In this document: positions 23,801 through 35,800 of the stretch, piece after piece
How positions within the stretch are numbered: position 1 is the stretch's first letter
Layout of the letters: each line of letters starts with the position of its first letter
Assembly: GCA_002633005.1 (NCBI GenBank)
Contig: NMRA01000720.1
Coordinates: 62,001 to 126,000, forward strand
DNA: 64,000 nt
From: Phoronis australis
Lineage: Eukaryota > Animalia > Phoronida
Reading direction: 5' to 3'
Notes under the pieces: model-generated
What the model was told of the DNA's origin: nothing
Seen by the model: the letters and a program-made list of their open reading frames with translations, nothing else
The model's database searches: none
Translations under genes and position numbers: made by a program

Positions 23801-26800
23801 GGCACAATGCTTAGGCTGCTCCAGGAGGCCATTCCCGAGCTTCCCTGTTGAAAGCAATGGTGACATTCGGTTTCTCACCGAGTTCTTGCATTGGCAGCTA
23901 AGCAGCATCTTGCGCGATCATGTGTTCGCCGATGAGACCCATGGTTGCGTTAACAGCAGCGACAGTCCACGAGCACCTGCTAAGTCTTTGGTGGGAGGCA
24001 TTGCAAAAAGGTCTAAGACGAAGTCGATAAGTTTCTGTTGCAAGGACGGGGTTCAAGCACCTGTCAAGTGCAGTCTTCACTTGACTGTGTAACGGATGGA
24101 AGGGACTTTGAACAGCCCAGTTTCCTGTTATGTTGAAGTGTAATTTTGTTCAAATTGTCTACGTACGTCTGTTCAGTACCTCTCTTTGTCTTCTTTTCAC
24201 TTACTCCTAGTGACCTGTGGGACATTAGTTATAACTGACTGTTCTAATGTAAGGACGTTAAAATTTACAAAGTGACATTTGCACATTAATGGTCTCAACT
24301 GCTTTGATGTCTTGCAGAGTCTTATCCTGTAAATATCTCAATATTTATTGTTGACCTCCCGTTCTTGCAGTCCCCTGAAGATGTCCTTCTTTTCAACTCC
24401 ATAATCCATTGAATACTGAGTCTAGTCCTGCATAAGAGACAATCAGACACACTCTTATTACTCTAGCGCCACCTTGTGGTTGATTTGATTGAAGGAGATA
24501 TAAGATTGTCTTGTGCCTGATGGTGTCCTGGTTCACGTGGCAGATCTAGTCTATCCTGAAAACAAAATATTTCCTTGCAAATTAAAGCACTCCCCATGTT
24601 TTGTTTCTCAACTCTTGCAAACTCTGACTCCAGCTGATGGACAAGTAGTACGAATTTTTAAAAAATTGAAATCAGTCTTCTTTTTTGAATCTTAGAACTT
24701 CGTAAAACTAAACATGAATCTAAATTTAATTTAATTCATTCTTGTGGAGGCACTGTGGCCTAGTGGGATAACTGTCTGCTTCCTTTAATTGAGTTTGTGG
24801 GTTTGAGTCCCACTGGGACACACTGCTAGACCCTTGAGTCAGGTCTCTAGCTTTTCAGCTCGGTTTTAAATTTATGTTGAGAAAGTATAAAATGGTTCCA
24901 TGATCAGTGCAATGGGTCCATTTCAACAGCTTGCGCACATCTGGTAGCACATCTACCATGATGCTGTCGGCAGTTACTTTTTTCGTAATTCATTCTGACT
25001 GTATGTGGAGCGGCATGTACTTTTCTCAGTCAGAACAACCTTTTTCACTTGGTTATCAAATTTTCAGATGTCACATCATTCTCTTAGTTAGCTTGCAATG
25101 TTGTTAAGGCATATGGTGACTCCTGTGAGACACTTGACTAAGGTTGTCTGAATTTATCTTCCATGTTAGGTATCGCATGCATGGTCGAACCGTCCTGTGG
25201 AACCCCGGCTGTGATCATGCTGGGATAGCTACGCAGGTGGTCGTGGAGCGAAGGGTCCGTAATGAGCAGAATATGTCTCGATGGGAACTGGGCCGTGAGA
25301 AGTTTGTAGAAGAAGTGTGGAGATGGAGGAATGAGTATGTGTAACAAAGGAAGTCAAGTTTTAGTCATAAAATGAGGTTTGGAGTGTAGACCTTCCCCAA
25401 GCAAAATTTGAAAATTAGATGTAATTGCTTGCAGTTTGTTCATTATAAACAATACCTGAACCCCAGTATCATGTAGTGGAAGTATCTGGGTAAAGAACAC
25501 TTCGCAAGACAAATTGGCAATGAAGTGTACGGCACAGTGTGATCTCTGTCACTCTTTAGTACTAAAAACAGTGTTAAAATTCAATTATCTCTGAAGTGAC
25601 AACCATCGAACAAAAATATGTGAACTTTGTAGATGTAATAAACTAATTCGTGTAACGAAACTTGCGTTCATATCGTCTTGCTAAACATACATCAGTGATA
25701 GTGCATTGGCGTTGGCCGGCGACGGCATAGCAGATGATGTATAATCCAGTCCATGCAGACGAATCTGAGTCTGCCTCCCGTTCAGTAACGCTAGGACCTA
25801 GCTTAAAAGCAAGACTTCGCGAGATTACGCGAGATATTGCCATGTATTTTAAATAAAAACACGTGACCTTGACTAGCTTTTGGCTAGGTCCTAGCATAGG
25901 TCCTAGCGTCTACTGAACGCACGCCCGGTTAACATTCAATATCGTTATTTTGGTGCAGGGCTATGATTGATTAAACAGTTGGATGTCACGCCTTACAGTA
26001 TAATTTTCAATGTCTTCTGTAAACTCGGACACGATAAAATGAATGAAGAAGAAATCTTACTGTTTCTTACTTCATTTGCAAGCCCTGGCGCTTTCCTATT
26101 TTAGAAAATTGGTATCGAGGTCGTTGCCTGGTCCCCGGCTGTATTAAGTTTTTGTGCATTGTTGGATAACCAGGCAGAAATGAGGTAGGAAAGGGGATTG
26201 GGGATTGAATGATTGTGTTTAACAGGGCACAATTCAAGATCCCAGTGTAAAATTATTCTTTTTTCCTTTCGATCCACAAACGGCGAAAGATGCCGTGTGA
26301 CTTGTACTTACGGTATAATTCATTATTACCAGCGATCATTATACTAGTGATCATTTTTACTAGCGATCATTTTTACTAACGATCATTTTTACTAGCGATC
26401 ATTTTTACTAGCGATCATTTTTACTAGCGATCATTTTTACTCATAGCAATCATTTTTACTAGCGATCATTTTTACTACCAATTTTTGCGTGGCGGTGAAG
26501 TTTCCCCATCATGATTAGGTGTGTGACGGTCAATTTGAGTATTGTTTACGAGTGGTGGGGCCAAAAGGGAGCGTGGCGGGCCACCCAGAAGTTTACACAC
26601 AGGGAAACCCTGTTACGTTATACAAGACAAGTCCAAGACATTTGCAGCCAACAATCTTTGCCCTTGGAACATAAACCAGGAATCTGTTCTCCCATAATTC
26701 CAGTGTTGCCGGCCAATCATAAATTCAATGGCTACAATTTTGCTTTTGTAAGCAAGTTAAGTTTCAAGCTTTCGTGTCTTTCAGTCGCGTGATTCAGTAT

Positions 26801-29800
26801 AGTCATGAATTAGGATTAAGTTGGACTATTTTAATGTTTTGAAGCGATTTCAAATTTTCTGAATGCTTTCTCGCGTAAACATTTTTATGAAATTTTTACA
26901 TTAATTTTCTCTTTTTGGTTCGGTTACTTTCTTTTGGAATGCGCCCTCGTTTCCTACTAATAGAATGTGTATCTTTGACTTTATGTACTTGATTAGAGCA
27001 GTTCTCAAGAACAATGTAATACAGTCATGTACAGCATTTTGACTTTCTACCAGTTCATTACTGGCTGTAAGTAATTGAGATTTTTGATTTTCTCAGGAAA
27101 GGTGTTGAAATCTACGACCAGTTGAAGAAGCTCGCTTGTTCACTTGACTGGGATAGAGACTGTTTTACTATGGACAAGGTGAGATAGTATAAAACTCGCT
27201 GTTGTGAGGTCTCAGGCCTAGCTGCATGTCTGTTCACGAGTTGATGGCATTCTCAGTTTCGAAAGGATCAGATATTTAGTTTTCAATTTGTTTCCAAATT
27301 TTTCTTACTATGAATGATAGTTTTCAAATGTGTCTGTTACAGCGATCTTTATTCACCTAGTAATGTATTACGACGCCTCTTTAATGTACAGACTCGCATC
27401 AGCCAATAAAGTTTCTTACAGTTCTGAGCTTGATTTTGCTTTGACGTGAGGTCTTCTTTTTCAACAATGTGTAGCAGTTTGAACATAATCATTATCTGAT
27501 AATGGTGTATACACGAATCACTAATGACCAGGAGACCATTGACATCTGTTCACAAAGTCACCTCTGCGAGTCATGTCTCTGGGTATGATCTTATCATCAT
27601 TTTACTATCAGCTTCAGTGGTTATCTTGATGGCCAATAGGTGGACACCCTGTCATTAGACAGAGTTAGACACAGGGGTCTCTCACAATGTCTGGAAGATC
27701 TGTTCTGGCTGTTCAAGGAACTGGCTTGTATTTACATAATCTATTACTCCGTCACCTCAAGGATCAACACTGAGTCTGGTTCCACTATGATAATCTTGCA
27801 TTAACTTTAGCTTTTTGTTGAACGCAAAAACACAAAAGTTGGATATTAAGTATTCGTTTGATCTTTTACAATGTTGTATAATTAATTGTAACTGAGGTGT
27901 TTCTGCTAATGTTTCTCCCCATTTTTCTCTCTCTGTCTGATTGATGTAGAACTTCAGTGCCGCTGTGGAAGAGGCATTCATCCGACTACATGATGAAGGA
28001 CTGATATATCGAAGTCAGCGATTGGTCAACTGGTGCTGCACCCTGGAATCAGTTATATCTGACATCGAGGTTAGTGAGTTATGTACCATTAAATTTATGA
28101 GGAAATTGTTAGTTACCTGTTTTATACAGTATTCAACTTGAACAAATAAATCAACTTGTATGTCTCTGGAATTCTGTTTCATTTTGTTGTTGAGAAAGGT
28201 ATTGCATTTGGTGTTTTCAAGAAATTATTCATAAAATCAATGTTTTTATAACAGGTTGACCACATAAACATATCTGGTCCCACCAAGATGGCACTGCCTG
28301 GATATGAAAGGAAAGTTCAGTTTGGAACACTCATTTCATTCGCTTATCCCGTTGTGGACTCGGACGAAGAAATTGTTGTAGCAACAACTCGATTAGAGAC
28401 AATGTTAGGTGATGTGGCTGTGAGTGTCCACCCTCGTGATGACAGGTACTCACATCTGATTGGTCGATTGATACAGCATCCATTCTGTGATAGACAGCTA
28501 CCGGTGATTGCTGATGAATGTGTTAATCCAGAGTTCGGAACTGGTAAGCTTAATCACTTGCTACGTTTTACGTTTAGTTGCGACCACTCAGTGCCGTCTT
28601 TGGGGTATTTGCATGCAAGGCACCCCTCAGTAACGCGCTTGTTCTGAAGTTGCACAATTCTGCCTTGCCAATTTCTATTTTACATGCAAAATTGATTTAG
28701 CGTTCGTCATTCTAAGATTAAGAAAGTTTACTGTCGTATTGCGAGTTGCAGTGTTGACATAAAACACGGAAAGCTGAGAAGAGTGTGCTTTTACGTTCTT
28801 TCTTTCAATGTCCTCTCAGAAGTTTCTCAGCAAAAATTGTGGTGGTACAACAGGTTCTTCTTTCTCCACAAAGGAGAAGTTATGAGATGTGGGAATTGTG
28901 AGATTTGGGAATTGTGAGATTTGGGAATTGTGGTATTTGGGAATTGTGAGATTTGGGAATTGTGAGATTTGGGAATTGTGAGCTTCAAGCATGTATTGCA
29001 CATCCCTTTAAATTCTAATTCGTTTGTGTACCTGCATTTGCTAAGACCAGCGTGTTACAATTATTGCGATCTCAACTTTTCGTGACCTCTAGGAGCTGTC
29101 AAGGTGACTCCAGCACATGACCCCAGTGATTATGACATGGGACTGAGACATGGTCTTCCCAGTGTGCAAATGATGGACAATAGAGGGCACATCAGTCCAG
29201 GCTACGGCGCATTCTCGGTATGTGCTTTCATGCATTATAACTCAATTACTCAATTTTGTTTGAGTTACACATTGATGTATTTAATTCAAGAGTTCTCGTT
29301 ATTTGTTTTGTGTTAGCTTAAGAAAATTTTTGTGATAACACCATAAATGTCTATTTCTCAAGACAGTTCAATTGGTTCACCTAATTGCTAATAAAATTGA
29401 CTTACGTGGTAACTTGACAGAGCATTGTTTTTTTTTTCAATGATATCTTGTGGTAGTCAGCAGTGATAGCTGTTCTAGAATAAGGAAATGTTGGCAATGC
29501 AGTCACAAGTAATAGTTGTATTGCTAACATTTCCTTATTGTATTTCTACCAAAAGTGTCAAACTGATGCTGCATTACTAACATATCCTTGTTCCAGGGCC
29601 TCAAGCGCTTCCATGCCAGGGATGCCCTCTTAAAAGCTATAAAGAGTGTTGGGTTATATAGAGGAGTAGAGGCTAACCCCATGTCTATACCTGTCTGCAG
29701 GTATGTAGTAGTGAGCTGGGGGGTGCCACTATTGGCTGGTCACGGGGGGTGCCACCATTGGCTGGTCACATTTGAAAGCTGTGGAGAGTGTTGGGTTATA

Positions 29801-32800
29801 TAGCGGAGTAGAGGCTAACCCCTTGACTATAGCTGTCTGCAGGTATGTAGTAGTGAGCTGGGGGGTGCCACTATTGGCTGGTCACACGGGAATATGCTAC
29901 TTAACAAGGAACATGCTAGGAACATGCAAATATTATTACATTCTTTAAACATATCTATTCTGTAGATTATGACATTGACTAGAGAGGCCAGAAATTCACT
30001 TCTTTCACTCTAGTCATGTTGGCAATGAAAGTTGATGATTTCACCCTGACATAGTTGTGCCATGTCTTTTTCTGAACCTCTTCTCTCTTCAGTCAATCCT
30101 ATTTTCAGTCAATCCTATTTTCAGTCGTTCCGGTGATGTGATTGAGCCCCTCATTAAGTCTCAGTGGTTTGTCAACTGTCAACAGATGGCAACACAGGCT
30201 TTACAGGTGAGAGGCTGGTACAAAAGATTGAGATGATTTGGTTGGATGTCCTCTCTTGATAGTCAGCGTTTGCTTACAAAACATATTAATCATAATGAAA
30301 AAGTTGTAAAACTAAATTCATTACACATAACTGCCAATATTTAAAATGAAAAAGTAAGATGTCTGGATCTAGGCCTTACTGCTGAAACATACCAATGGTG
30401 TTTTTTGATTTAGTCATACTGTCTTGTGAAATGGAATAGAGAAATAGGGTACGGTGTGTCTTGCCAGGGAAGTAGGGGTGTGTTGTGTGGAGAGGTACGT
30501 GATTATGCCACTGTGCAGGGTTGGTGTGTAAATTTTGGCTGGTGTTTCACAAAGCGGGGTATTGTGATGCTGTGGTAGGACTTCGAAATGATGGTTCTCA
30601 TTAAGACTTTTTGTTGTGTTCTTGTTATGATTAACATAGTTGGGTGTCATTGCAGGCTGTTGACAGTGGTGAACTGAGTTTGATACCCAAGAACTATGAG
30701 GCTCAATGGTGTGAATGGCTGTCTAATATACAGTAGGTACAGCTTGAAAGTGATGCCACCTGTTGGTATTCACACTAGACAATTTTTTATAATATGTATT
30801 CCTTACTATTTAGAAGATTTTTCAAATATAATTTTACTAGCGAGTGTCAGTGGCGGATCCATGGTTTTGAGTTAGAGGGGACGGGGCCGAGTATTAGCCT
30901 GGATTTTGCCCATCGGACATTAGTACCCTCGATGAAATCTGGGAGACTTTTAGGGGCGGAGCTTGGCCATCTTGGCCCCACTCTAAATCTGCCACTGAGT
31001 GCAGTCTGTGTTAATTTCAAATATGCCTATTTTGAGACAAGCAGTTGTTGCAGCGCCACCTAATGGGTTCTTTGGGACTTAAGGTAGTTCAGTTCTTAGT
31101 CCACAATCTTGAATTCAAAAGCCTTCGTTTGTATGTTGCAAGATAGTGTTGTGTAGGGACACCGCAGATGGAATTACGAGCTGAGTTGTCTGTCTTACGA
31201 AAATTACCTCAAGTCATTGTCACTGCACACAGCGAGGCAAAGTTCTCGCTGTACTGTGAGCTGTAACTGTTACTTTGTAGTGAACGGAGCAAATATAGTA
31301 CACATGGTTGCATTGAGCGAGTGAGAGATTTGTTGTCAGATGATGCAATGATAAAGTTTGTTTGGCTTTCTAAACACATGTCTCGGTTCGCCTGCCTGCT
31401 GTGAGGATTTACACTTGTCACATAAATATGCAAATAGTGACACATGTGCTTCCAAGCTTATCAAAGCAAAGTCGTCTCGGGTCATTTTGACATAAAACAA
31501 GAGTTCAGCTCATTTTCGTTTGAGCCGTTTATCTTTCTTTCTGCGATGGGCCTTAAAATCATCTGCAGTAAGTTGAAGTGATTGAAGTACACAGTACCTT
31601 CAAAATCGTGACACAGCTTGAGGGCTTTTCTGCTTCCTTATATTGAGATGTAGTTTGTCGCTAAGAATCTATTATAAGAGTCAGTAAGGAAACTTTAAAA
31701 ATCTAGAGATCAGAAGTCTATTTAAAGAAAAAAAAAACATCCAAATTCAATTTACTCGCTATCCCGACTGTTTGAAAAACTCTTTTTGTGTCGTCGTTGT
31801 ACAGTTGCAGTAAAAATCAAAATAGGTTATAACTTGGACTACTACAGCCTTGTTTTTATTGACATCAGTTGTTCTTTGTCATGTGTCATTTACTTACAGA
31901 GACTGGTGTATATCCCGGCAACTGTGGTGGGGTCATCGCATCCCGGCCTATCGGGCTCAGTTTGTTGATGGTGCTGCCCCCGTGTGGGTGGCTGCTGGAA
32001 GTCAAGAAGAGGCTGTCGAAAAGCTATGCCGTCAACGGGGTATTTCGCCTGATGGGGTAGTCAGTGTAACTCGAGGTGTGTTGTATCGCGAGCAGAAAAT
32101 TAGCCAATCAAAGTTGAGAGATCAATACTAAGTCTTATGTCTGATCATGTTGATTTTTTCGATTTCTTTGGAAAGCATGGACAACCTTCCTGTCTGATAT
32201 TAAAGTTTTTGGTATCTGTAGTAAACTATTAGCTAGTAGGTACTATTACTCAAGAATAGTGAACAGAATGATGTGGTCATTCATCTTCAGGGAGTTGGAA
32301 ATTCTGAGTTTGTTGGCAGGCTGTGAACAGTGAAGTAATGTACACTTGGATCGTTGTGCTCGACACTGTACGCATGCAAGTAAGGAATGGCGTGTGAACA
32401 TTATGGGCACTTGTTTTTGTGTGCGTGATTAAAGTGGCAGTAATTTTCGACACGTTCACAGTCTTTAGAAAGTCTCTGTTTTGTGTGATTTTGGTTAAAA
32501 TGTTTCTACTGTTAAGAATCCCAAAGTTTATTCCTTCAACTATTTTCTCTCTCATGGAATGCAGTGCTTGGAAATAATACACATTTTCATTATAATAATA
32601 TACATTTGGTGTTACAACGGGAAATTCAATACTACGTTTAGCTCTCCAGAACTGATGTCGTAGTTGGAATGATTGTTTGTATTCCAGATGAAGATGTCCT
32701 TGACACATGGTTCTCATCTTCCTTTTTTCCCTTCGCCATGCTTGGCTGGCCTCAACAGGTGATTTATTACTGCGTTATTCCAGGATAAGTAAAAATCTGA

Positions 32801-35800
32801 CTTCTTAATTTTACTCTTTTCGACCATTTTATGTTGCACCACCAGAAATCCAAGTTATATTCTTTAGAGCACCATCTTTGAAAACAATTGTTTTGATTCA
32901 TGGTTTGAGATAGAATGTTTTGTTTTTGTTTCATTTTTTTACGGCGACTTGACTTGTACGTTAATCACACATAGCAATAGAATTGATGAGTTAAAGTTAA
33001 CTGGTTGGTCAAGTTGGATTATCACTGCTATCTTGATTCATTCCGACCAGTTTGAAGTCCGCGATCATTTCAGTTTGACCTCATTTGCACTGATTGGCTC
33101 CTTTAGAGTTCTTAGAAAATTTGGATTTTGTTCATTTTGTAAAATTGTCATTGATATTGGAGTGACATGGTTTGGGAATGAATGTGAGCTAACTTGCTTT
33201 GCGTTCCAATTTTTCCTGGAAATAAAACCGATAGTACATGCATCAACCCTTTACATCCCCTCTAGGACTGTCTCACAATGGCCAACCCTTTACATCCCCT
33301 CTAGGACTGTCTCACAATGGCCATGTGATGGGCTGTTGATGCTTGTTCATTTGATTAATTGTTACCTTATGGGATAGCTACTTTATAAATAACCGACTGT
33401 TGCAAGATTGAAAAATTTTACACGATAAAGTATTTCACATAGCTGCTGTGCACCTCAACTGATATCTTAAGTAGTATTTCGAAGTGCATAATTATTGGGG
33501 TCATTTTGTGACTATTTTGTTTTTTCTTTAGACAATGGACCTTCAGAGGTTCTACCCCACTTCATTGTTGGAGACAGGAGGAGACATTTTGTTTTTCTGG
33601 GTCGCTCGAATGGTCATGATGGGTTTGAAGCTCACTGGAACTCTCCCGTTTAAGGAGGTATGTTTCGTGGTATCTGAAGTGTCTTGTCATTTGATAAAGC
33701 AGTATGAATGAATAGAAATTTGAATCCGAGTTTTTTGGCCTATTTAAAGCCACGTACTAAATTTGAATGTCCTTCCAAGTAAAAGCTTGTGGGTTCGAAT
33801 TTGGGAAAATCTGGAAATAGGGGTGTTTGGTTTATGCACGAGTTGGGCCCGGACTCTAATCTTTTTACTCGAAATGGAACTCGAAATTAGGTTTGGCATT
33901 TTCTACTCTACTTTTGGGCGAACTCAAGATAAGTTTCTATTATTCTATGCTCGAGTACACAATAACTTACGTAGATAATTTATTGCCCTTAGTTCACAGT
34001 TTGTAAACCCAATATTAAAGCAATAAGTTCGAGTTTGAACTCGAAATTTCGAGTTTTTACTCGAGTTTGTAGCATGAATATAAGGGTCTTCAAGGGCAAA
34101 CCTGAACTAGAAACTCCTATGCATTAACTATAATGTATTCGAGCACAGTCTGATAACCAATTATCTTAAGTTCGCTCAAAAGGAGCAGAGAAATTGCCAA
34201 AAATAGTTTCGAGTTTGTTTCAAGTACGAAGATTAGAGACCGGGCCTTGGCCTGTGTATGTTCATTCACAATACATTTTGTATTTTTTCCTGTGGCTCAC
34301 AAGAATGAATTAATGTACCGAATCATCGCCATTACTTGATTACAAAATAGCAAAACAAAACTTCATCAATTTAATTCACAAAGAGTAACATTTCTGTAAA
34401 TGGAACAGTCCACTATGAGGTATGGCTCTAAGGATCAAAATGAAGTGAGGTCACATGGGCTGTAGGTCATAAATGGTTGTCAAGAAGCAGACTGTCTGTG
34501 ACTATTGGCGCCAGAGTTAGCAGGCCTGCACTTTCTAACTCTATAGAGCAACGTTTTACCACTCAGTGGTAATCCATTTGCAAGAAGTCATCACTCATTC
34601 CTGCCACCGTAGCTAAGCTTTTGTACTTTTATAATTACATTCCATAGAATCTTTGTCATCAGCTCTCACTTGAAGGGTCCTTATCACCATTCTGTCATAT
34701 GCATGTTGTTTTTGCAGGAATAATTTTACCCTACGTCATGACATCAAGTTCTACTGACCATCCCACTTCATTCGTTTGCATATACTGTATGTATGTAGTA
34801 TTCATTGCTGTCATATTTCTCTCACATCATTCTCTTATGTGTACTGTAGGTGTGCAGGACTTTAATCGGTCTCACTAAATATCACGTCTGCTTCCTTTTG
34901 TGAATATTAAGTTCCTTACAAAGGGACTTTGTTCTTTGCACAGTTAACAGTGGTTAATGTTGAGTGCATTAGAAATGATGAACCATTGTTCAGATAAGTC
35001 GTGAAGGGGAAACCATTGTGTTTGGTTGTTTTAGTGAATAATTAGACGATAGATAGGTCAAAATATTTCCATGACGATGGTAATGTTCAGACTTCAGTGA
35101 GCGCACAGACTGAGAAATGTTCACTCAACAGTTTACAGGTTGAGACCTCTTCCTATTGTTGGTTCAGAATTTAAACATCAGTCTCAAAAAATGGGGCAGT
35201 AAGGTGGCCTGCTGTGCTAAAAACCCCTGATGAGAACGCCGTGGTCACTTCTGTTGATACTATGTATACAGCACTGCTTATAGCTTTCTCTTTCAGGTGC
35301 TGTAGGTTTGCTGTTGTCAATAGAGCTGTTATTATGTATTCCCAACACACTCTTCTCATTCCAGTACAGCATTCTCTTGTAAGTGCTGAATGTTTGCAGC
35401 AAGTGACTGTGCCAGAATCATGAATTCTGCCACCTTTTTCGTATCGTCACCAGCAGGCATCTCTGATTTAACTGTGGTCAAATCCTTCTTTAAGTTATCC
35501 ACCATTTTGGTCAAGGAGTTGCTATAGAAGATAGCTGATGCACATTTTTTAATCATGGCCTTGACCTTGGGTTTATCCGTCTGCTTCTCCACTTTTGGTT
35601 TGGCTGTCATAACTTTCATCACCGCATCTTCAATGCTTGGCCTTTCTGGACCTTGACCCTCTTTCTTGACCTTGAATCGTTTGACTTCCCTTTTAAGGTG
35701 CCTTAGTCGTATGCTGAGTTCCGCTGTTGGGTTTTCCCCAAGGTTCAACGCGTTAACCTTGGACTCAAGATCTTTGATTGAATTCTTCACAGTCTTCAAA

